Positions 26,407 to 32,000 of a stretch of 32,000 bases of DNA are shown piece by piece. The notes under the pieces were generated by a model. It was not told the origin of the DNA. It was given only the letters and a program-made list of their open reading frames with translations, and did no database searches. Within the stretch, counting starts at the first letter, position 1. Every line of letters starts with the position of its first letter. Origin of the DNA: Prochlorococcus marinus str. NATL2A (lineage in GTDB: Bacteria > Cyanobacteriota > Cyanobacteriia > PCC-6307 > Cyanobiaceae); the NCBI RefSeq assembly GCF_000012465.1, contig NC_007335.2:120001-152000 (forward strand), read 5' to 3'. Both the position numbers and the translations under genes were made by a program.

Positions 26407-28107
26407 ATGGATTTAAATACTGGGTTTAATAAAAATGATATTTACTCAACTAATTGGGATGTAATTGTTATTGGAGCAGGAGCTGCGGGTTTGATGTCTT
26501 CTCTTGAATTGCCATCAAATCTGAAAATTTTACTTTTAAACCGCAATACCAGTAAGCGTTCTTCTAGTCGATGGGCACAAGGAGGAATGGCTGCTGTGAC
26601 TCGAATTGAAGATAGCGAGGATATTCATGCTAACGACACAATCAAAGCTGGGGCAGGACTTTGTGATTCAGAAGCAGTTCAGATGTTTGTTCAGAGTGCT
26701 CCGAGATTAGTAGATAGACTTATGAAACTAGGAATGGAATTTGATAGAACCTCTGGAAAATTATCTACAACTCTTGAAGCTGCTCACACGCATAGAAGAG
26801 TACTGCACGTAAAAGATAGAACTGGTAAGGCATTGGTTGATGTTCTTAACGAGCAAGTTGATCAAAGAGGTAATGTTCTGCATCAAAGAGGAATAAGAGT
26901 TACTCAGATTTGGGTTGAAAGAGGAAAATGCTCCGGGGTACAAGTTCTAGATGGACCAGCTTTGCGTTGGATCCAAGCAAAGGCAGTTGTTTTAGCTACT
27001 GGCGGCGGAGGTCATTTATTTGCGAATACTACAAATCCAACTCAAGCAGCAGGTGAGGGAATTGCTCTGGCTTGGAGATCTGGGGCTTGCATAGAGGATC
27101 TCGAATTTTTTCAGTTTCACCCAACTGCTCTGAAATTGGATAATGCGCCTTCGTTTTTGATTTCTGAAGCGGTAAGAGGAGAGGGTGCAGTTTTAGTTGA
27201 TTCATTCGGAGAGAGTCCCGTAGCTCATCTTGAAGGGAAAGATCTTGCATCAAGAGATCAAGTCAGCAGGGCATTATTTCAAGCGATGCAAAAGCAAAAA
27301 GTTGATCACATTGGTCTTGATGTGAAATCCATTTCTGTTGAAGATGTAGCAGCGCGCTTTCCGTCTATTTTTCAAAGATGCAGAGAGCTTGGCTTAGAAC
27401 CTTTGAAAGAAGCAATCCCTGTGGCTCCATCTGCTCATTATTGGATGGGTGGTGTGGCTACAAACTTGAAAGCACAAACTAATGTCAAAGGACTTTTCGC
27501 GATTGGTGAAGTGGCATGTACTGGCCTGCATGGTGCCAATAGACTGGCAAGTAATTCATTAATGGAATGTTTGGTCTTTGCAAATCAAATGAGAAATATT
27601 GAATTAACTGATTATGTAACTTCCGATATTTTAGGAAATAATTTAAGTTTTAATAAATCAGATCTTCGCTTTTCTAAGGAACAAGGAACTAGTTATTTAT
27701 CAAAAGAAATTGAAAAACTTAGACAATTATGCTGGCGTGCAGCTGGAGTTGATCGATCACGAAAAGGAATGAATTCTGCTCTTATAAAAGTTAAAAGAGA
27801 TTATGAAAATCTTTTAAACGAGCCCTTATTAAATTTGGTTTTTTCTCAGTCAAAATATGAAATTAATGAATTCGAGGAACTTGCCAGGAGAGATCTTAAT
27901 TTGCTACTTGATTTGAGTAATCGACAAATGTCAAGTTTGCTTATGTTGGAAGCTTGTTTGTTTCGTGAAGAAAGTAGAGGAGGTCATTTTAGAGATGATT
28001 TCCCTACCTCAGTTCCTTTTTGGCAATGTCATACTAGACAAATGAAGGGAAAGAACATTCATACAAGACCCATTGTTGATAAAGCTGGCTTCCCTAAAAA
28101 TCTTTAG
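26407..28107 (+). CDS. nadB: L-aspartate oxidase
   Basis: 566-aa ORF. It has the FAD-binding N-terminus DVIVIGAGAAGL and succinate dehydrogenase/fumarate reductase flavoprotein-family blocks (WAQGGMAA, FFQFHPTAL, HYWMGGV, GLHGANRLASNSLMECLVF, ESRGGHFR). Confidence 0.92.
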   Translation: MDLNTGFNKNDIYSTNWDVIVIGAGAAGLMSSLELPSNLKILLLNRNTSKRSSSRWAQGGMAAVTRIEDSEDIHANDTIKAGAGLCDSEAVQMFVQSAPRLVDRLMKLGMEFDRTSGKLSTTLEAAHTHRRVLHVKDRTGKALVDVLNEQVDQRGNVLHQRGIRVTQIWVERGKCSGVQVLDGPALRWIQAKAVVLATGGGGHLFANTTNPTQAAGEGIALAWRSGACIEDLEFFQFHPTALKLDNAPSFLISEAVRGEGAVLVDSFGESPVAHLEGKDLASRDQVSRALFQAMQKQKVDHIGLDVKSISVEDVAARFPSIFQRCRELGLEPLKEAIPVAPSAHYWMGGVATNLKAQTNVKGLFAIGEVACTGLHGANRLASNSLMECLVFANQMRNIELTDYVTSDILGNNLSFNKSDLRFSKEQGTSYLSKEIEKLRQLCWRAAGVDRSRKGMNSALIKVKRDYENLLNEPLLNLVFSQSKYEINEFEELARRDLNLLLDLSNRQMSSLLMLEACLFREESRGGHFRDDFPTSVPFWQCHTRQMKGKNIHTRPIVDKAGFPKNL

Positions 28108-29035
28108 AGTCTTTGTAATTTGTAAGGTCAGCTAATTCTTCTAGGCTTTTCACTCCTGAATCAATTGAGCCATTAATTTCCCAAGAAGGGAAACCAGTTA
28201 TCCCTTTAGCTTCACAAAGTTCTCTTTTGTTGTTAAAACCATCTTTTGCACACTCAACTAAATTTAATTTTTCTGCAGCTTCTTTTCCGAACATTTCTTT
28301 TTGATCATGACAATGTGGACACCAATAAGCGTTATACATGACTGCTCCTTCTTTTGTTAAATGTTCAGCGAGTTTTATTTTGTCAGGAGAACTTATAGCT
28401 ATTACCGCAGGTGGCATGCCTGAAATATTATTTGAAACTTCCTTGATAGCAGGATCGACTGATGATGACCATATTAGCCCTGCTAAAAGAACTGCTACTG
28501 ACATAAGAAAACCTCTAAAAAATAATTTACCATAATCTTCCCAACTGCCTCCAATTATATTTAATAATAGGACTGAAAGTGATATAAGAAAAGAAAGAAG
28601 ACAGAAAAAACAGAAAGCTTTAATTTTAAATATCATTACTGATATTAAAATTAAGCTGAAAATAAAAGTAGATGTAGATATATAAAAAGATCCCCACCAT
28701 GCAACTTTTGAGATATTATTTTTTTGGTTTTTGAGAATAGGTATTAATGGGAATATTGCCATTAATAATATTAATAAATAACTAATTAAACCTATTAATG
28801 ATAATGGAATAGAGAAATTATTTGTTTGAAAGAAAGTCCCCCAAGGGCTATTTAAAACTTTATCGCAGCCTCCTAATCCACCTGGACAGTTTAAATTTCC
28901 TATGATCCCCCATTTATTTAGTGTTATGGATCCTGTATCTATAACACCAACTGTTGATAATATAGCTATTGCAACTCTCGCCCATTTGGAACCTAGATCT
29001 TGGCGTCGACGACTCTTTAGTCTTGAAGGTCCCAT
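28094..29035 (-). CDS. Vitamin K epoxide reductase (VKOR) homologue fused to a thioredoxin-like domain
   Basis: 313-aa ORF. The membrane half has loop cysteines CPGGLGGC and an intramembrane CFFC redox motif. The C-terminal soluble half has the thioredoxin-type WCPHC motif. This architecture is known for cyanobacterial VKOR-Trx disulfide-forming enzymes. Confidence 0.85.
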   Translation of the reverse strand: MGPSRLKSRRRQDLGSKWARVAIAILSTVGVIDTGSITLNKWGIIGNLNCPGGLGGCDKVLNSPWGTFFQTNNFSIPLSLIGLISYLLILLMAIFPLIPILKNQKNNISKVAWWGSFYISTSTFIFSLILISVMIFKIKAFCFFCLLSFLISLSVLLLNIIGGSWEDYGKLFFRGFLMSVAVLLAGLIWSSSVDPAIKEVSNNISGMPPAVIAISSPDKIKLAEHLTKEGAVMYNAYWCPHCHDQKEMFGKEAAEKLNLVECAKDGFNNKRELCEAKGITGFPSWEINGSIDSGVKSLEELADLTNYKDSKDF

Positions 29036-29211
29036 GCAGGTGAATTTTAAATAATTGAATATTTTTTATTCTAATGAAGAATTCCTTTTAAGTCTGAATA
29101 ATTTAAATTAATTCTAATGTTCTGTATATTTTAAGAACCATACATATCTGACTGAGTATTAAATATAAACTTCTTTAACTAATCCAATACTAGTAATAGT
29201 GATTTATTTAT

Positions 29212-29304
29212 TCAGATTAATTTGATAGCTTTAAGGGCTTTTTGAATCAAGAATGCTGCAGAAAGGCCTGCTCCAACAAAAACTAAGTAAAAAAGAATTC
29301 CCAT
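29212..29304 (-). CDS. petL: Cytochrome b6-f complex subunit PetL (30 aa), not in the ORF track
   Basis: Hand translation gives MGILFYLVFVGAGLSAAFLIQKALKAIKLI. It is a single hydrophobic helix of the right length with the C-terminal ..IKLI ending I associate with PetL in cyanobacteria and plastids. The assignment is from memory of family sequences and is not searched. Confidence 0.6.
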   Translation of the reverse strand: MGILFYLVFVGAGLSAAFLIQKALKAIKLI

Positions 29305-29366
29305 TTGATTTAAATTTCTCCACTAATAATAGAACATCAGTGCTTTATCGTTTGAATTTATTAATT

Positions 29367-29768
29367 TTAATCTTGAATATATTGTTTACCAGTGATCAGG
29401 CATTGCTCTGCTCGCTGTAGTTCACGACCAATGTAAATCGCATGATCTAAATGACTGATGGGGAATGGACCATGACCCTCGGAGATTTGAATACCTAATT
29501 GCTTGGCACTCTTCCCTCTATAAATATTGTTTGGTTGATTTCTACTTTTTGTTTTACACCCAATTGGTTCTCCAGACTTTGGATCAATAGCACGACCTTT
29601 TTGATCGATATCATTTAAATAATGTTCAAGTATTAACTCATTTGTTTTGGGTTCAATTTTTATTAAGAAATAACCTTTTGGGTCAAGCTCTATTTGCCGC
29701 TTGGATAATTTAGCGTCTAAAAGCTTTATTGAGTTAATTAAGTCTTCTTGAAGATCTGGATTGTTCAT
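29367..29768 (-). CDS. Conserved hypothetical protein (possibly DUF4346-type; tentative)
   Basis: 133-aa soluble ORF. The C-terminal pattern ISHLDHAIYIGRELQRAEQCLITGKQYIQD and the earlier GYFLIKI resemble a cyanobacterial/plastid-lineage domain of unknown function. This is a recollection only. Confidence 0.45.
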   Translation of the reverse strand: MNNPDLQEDLINSIKLLDAKLSKRQIELDPKGYFLIKIEPKTNELILEHYLNDIDQKGRAIDPKSGEPIGCKTKSRNQPNNIYRGKSAKQLGIQISEGHGPFPISHLDHAIYIGRELQRAEQCLITGKQYIQD

Positions 29769-29849
29769 TTCTTTAATTTACAAATTAAAAAGAAGATACA
29801 AAAGTCACTTATTCTGTAGTCATTAAATTTTTAGATTTCCTGCAAAAAA

Positions 29850-30116
29850 TTATCCTGAAATAAAACTTTTTAAGATTAAAAATATAAGCAGGTTAATAAA
29901 AATAAAAGATAAATAAACAATACCTGGATTTTTTAGGCCTGCTGGTGCTGTTAATTCATAGCCAAAAAGAGTAATAACACCTTGAGTCCCTTTATCTTTA
30001 TAACTAAAAATCCCTTGAGCAAAGAAAGGTTTTTCTTCATTAGAATCGACTGTATCTTTCTCAGTGGAAAGTGATTTGTTGGTCTCAGGAGAATCTAGTA
30101 AATTGTTATCTGTCAT
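29850..30116 (-). CDS. Hypothetical small protein with C-terminal membrane anchor
   Basis: 88-aa ORF with an acidic, polar N-terminal half and a C-terminal hydrophobic helix (IVYLSFIFINLLIFLILKSFI). No family is recognised. Confidence 0.35.
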   Translation of the reverse strand: MTDNNLLDSPETNKSLSTEKDTVDSNEEKPFFAQGIFSYKDKGTQGVITLFGYELTAPAGLKNPGIVYLSFIFINLLIFLILKSFISG

Positions 30117-30147
30117 TGAGATTCAGTCTTTAATTTGTCTGAAGTTA

Positions 30148-31329
30148 CTATGTATTTGATAGTTTTGGCTCTTCAAACTTAAAAGGTACTTCATTATTTG
30201 TAGCGTTTATTTGATCAAGCATTAGCTTATTTGCTCTTGGTAGCCATTCTCTAATTAAGGAATCCATAGGTAAGTTGTACCATCTATGAAGACTTGCATT
30301 GGGTTTAGCAATAAAACCTCTTCGTTTTTTGTGACTACCTCCTGCTCCAGGGTCAAAATATTTTATTTTATTTGCTATTGCCCACTCAATCGGGGAGTAA
30401 TAACAAGCTTCAAAATGTAAATTATCTATATTTTTTTCTGCACCCCAATATCGTCCCCAAAGCATATTTTCGTTTTTCACGCATAAGGACATTCCAATTG
30501 TTTTATCAATTCCTTCTTCTTTTGCGTCAAATAAAACAATATTTTCTTTGAGTTCTGTTGATCTAAGTTCAGTGAAAAATGATTCCGTGAGGTATTTACT
30601 TCCCCATACTCCCCATCTTGAACAATGAAGCTGATAAAAATAATGCATTTTTTTTAAATTCATTACATTTATTTGAGACCCACTAAGAGCTTCAACTTTT
30701 ACTCCACATTTTTTTATGCTTTCTCTTTCTCTCTTAATATTTCTACGTTGATTGGAATTGAATTTTTGTAAAAAATCAGAAAAACTTTTTTCTTCATTCA
30801 ATGTCAACAGACTTTGTTGGTTGACCCACTTGGCGCAATTTAGAGATTCAGCTACTTTCATCCATTTAGGATCTACATACAAAAAATTACAACTAAGAAT
30901 TCCATTTTGTTTGGCAAAACTATCAATTTCAGAGATTAATATTTGTGTTAGGTCTCTATCATTAACTCCTTCTGCAAAAAGAAAGCGATAACCCTCTATT
31001 GGACTTAATGGACTCATTCCTATTAGCTTGGGGTAATATTGAAGTCCCATATCTTGAGCTAGTTGAACAAAGGCATTATCAAAAATAAATTCTCCATAAC
31101 TATGAGATTTAAGATAGAGAGGTGCACATGCAATTAAATCATTTTCACTCCACGCAGAGAGAAATAATGGTTGCCAACCATATTTTGTACTAACACTTTT
31201 TGATCTTTCTAATGCATTCAACCAATCCCATTTATAAAAAGGAGTTGAATTTCCTTTTAGGAAATTATTCCAAATAATTTTTGGAATTTCTTGGATTGTG
31301 GCATGCCATTTGATTTTTATATTGTTCAT
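30148..31329 (-). CDS. FemAB-like / GNAT-fold protein of unknown function (COG3146/DUF482-type, from memory)
   Basis: 393-aa ORF. The block PLYLKSHSYGEFIFDNAFVQLAQDMGLQYYPKLIGMSPLSPIEGYRFL and the later YFDPGAGGSHKKRRGF match my memory of that family's conserved regions. Confidence 0.65.
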   Translation of the reverse strand: MNNIKIKWHATIQEIPKIIWNNFLKGNSTPFYKWDWLNALERSKSVSTKYGWQPLFLSAWSENDLIACAPLYLKSHSYGEFIFDNAFVQLAQDMGLQYYPKLIGMSPLSPIEGYRFLFAEGVNDRDLTQILISEIDSFAKQNGILSCNFLYVDPKWMKVAESLNCAKWVNQQSLLTLNEEKSFSDFLQKFNSNQRRNIKRERESIKKCGVKVEALSGSQINVMNLKKMHYFYQLHCSRWGVWGSKYLTESFFTELRSTELKENIVLFDAKEEGIDKTIGMSLCVKNENMLWGRYWGAEKNIDNLHFEACYYSPIEWAIANKIKYFDPGAGGSHKKRRGFIAKPNASLHRWYNLPMDSLIREWLPRANKLMLDQINATNNEVPFKFEEPKLSNT

Positions 31330-31351
31330 TTATTTTATACTAAATCTATAT

Positions 31352-32000
31352 TCAAGATAAATGATTTCTAAAATATCTAATAAGTAATTCGTTATTACCT
31401 AGCTTTTGACTTTCTTTTAGAATCCATTTATTCTTTTTATTCATGATTGTACTTAAGTTCCTTAATTCAGATGAAACCCAGCAGTAATCTCCTCCTATAA
31501 GATGAGGTGTAATCGTGATTTGTAATTCATCTATTAGATTCTCTAAAAGAAAAGCTGAAATAAGATTTGCACCTCCAAGTAATACAATTTTCGCAATTCC
31601 TTTCTGATACAAATCATCAAGAGAATCACGCCAAGTGATTTTTAAATTTATTCTTTTATCGAATCCATCAGGAAGCATAATCTCATTTTTCTTATCTTGC
31701 ATTTGGAGCAACCATCTTTGAAGAGGTTGTTGAAAAAAAAGCCAATTTTCTGGAAAATCTATTTGATTGCTTGCTATAAGAGCAATTGGCTGTTCGTTCT
31801 TGCCTTCTGAAGTTCTTTTTTTTAGTAAGCTTTTATTTTTAATTAAACAAATTGATTGATGATCTCTCAGTGTTTGCCCTCCCATTAAAATCCCATCTGA
31901 CCAAGCAAGTGATTCTTCTAAAACCAAACGATCACCAGATTGACCTAATTGAGTTTTTCCTCCTTCTGGATATGCGATACGTCCATCAATACTAGAAGCT
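31352..32000 (-). CDS. RibD C-terminal-type reductase domain protein (5-amino-6-(5-phosphoribosylamino)uracil reductase-like), 5' end outside the window
   Basis: The track starts it at TTG 31927. The frame stays open to the window edge, and hand translation upstream gives ...ASSIDGRIAYPEGGKTQLGQSGDR-LVLEES.... It has a DHFR-like reductase-domain pattern (SIDGRIA, GGQTLRDH, IVLLGGANLISAFL, ELQITITPHLIGG). I cannot tell whether a deaminase domain precedes it. Confidence 0.65.
   Translation of the reverse strand, partial: ASSIDGRIAYPEGGKTQLGQSGDRLVLEESLAWSDGILMGGQTLRDHQSICLIKNKSLLKKRTSEGKNEQPIALIASNQIDFPENWLFFQQPLQRWLLQMQDKKNEIMLPDGFDKRINLKITWRDSLDDLYQKGIAKIVLLGGANLISAFLLENLIDELQITITPHLIGGDYCWVSSELRNLSTIMNKKNKWILKESQKLGNNELLIRYFRNHLS

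Noticed and set aside
1-32000. Search by eye for tRNA/rRNA, CRISPR repeats, IS/transposase or integrase genes, phage or defence-system genes, and long repeats
   Set aside because: None was found. Every gap over 100 bp was read on both strands, and only hli, petL and the 54-aa ORF emerged. Long-range repeat detection by eye is unreliable, so a self-dot-plot would be needed for certainty.

Overview
AT-rich, very gene-dense chromosomal segment with about 35 CDS in 32 kb. Intergenic gaps are mostly under 150 bp, and several gene ends overlap. The gene content reads as core genome of a marine picocyanobacterium, most likely a low-GC Prochlorococcus. Supporting genes include a high-light-inducible protein, petL, a VKOR-thioredoxin fusion, a RarA fusion to an unknown domain, KtrAB, NDH-2, PAPS reductase and a PDZ-radical-SAM protein. 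The organism call is inference from gene content and synteny remembered from that group, not a database hit. Gene order is pgm, rarA-fusion, PPTase, bcp, coaX, cysH, NDH-2, DASS permease, ktrB, ktrA, anmK, then a small islet of short ORFs. It continues with ABC-F, Deg/HtrA protease, two small ORFs, hli, xseA, xseB, a Zn-ribbon membrane protein, yihY-like, IMPase-like, TolC-like and PDZ-radical SAM. The window ends with a membrane protein, nadB, VKOR-Trx, petL, three small or unknown ORFs, a FemAB-like/DUF482 protein and a partial RibD-type reductase. I saw no rRNA, tRNA, CRISPR array, transposase, integrase, phage genes or recognisable defence or toxin genes. Three short genes missing from the ORF track were found by hand: hli (48 aa), petL (30 aa) and a 54-aa membrane peptide. 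The only stretch that looks accessory is about 13.15-14.45 kb. It holds a ribbon-helix-helix protein, a basic 118-aa ORF, a Nif11-like leader-type ORF ending ...GG-L-stop, and the 54-aa membrane peptide. I find no convincing multi-gene novel system here. The best leads are that islet, the uncharacterised C-terminal half of the RarA fusion, and two candidate non-coding or leader regions. All functional calls rest on motifs read by eye from the translations, and no searches were run.
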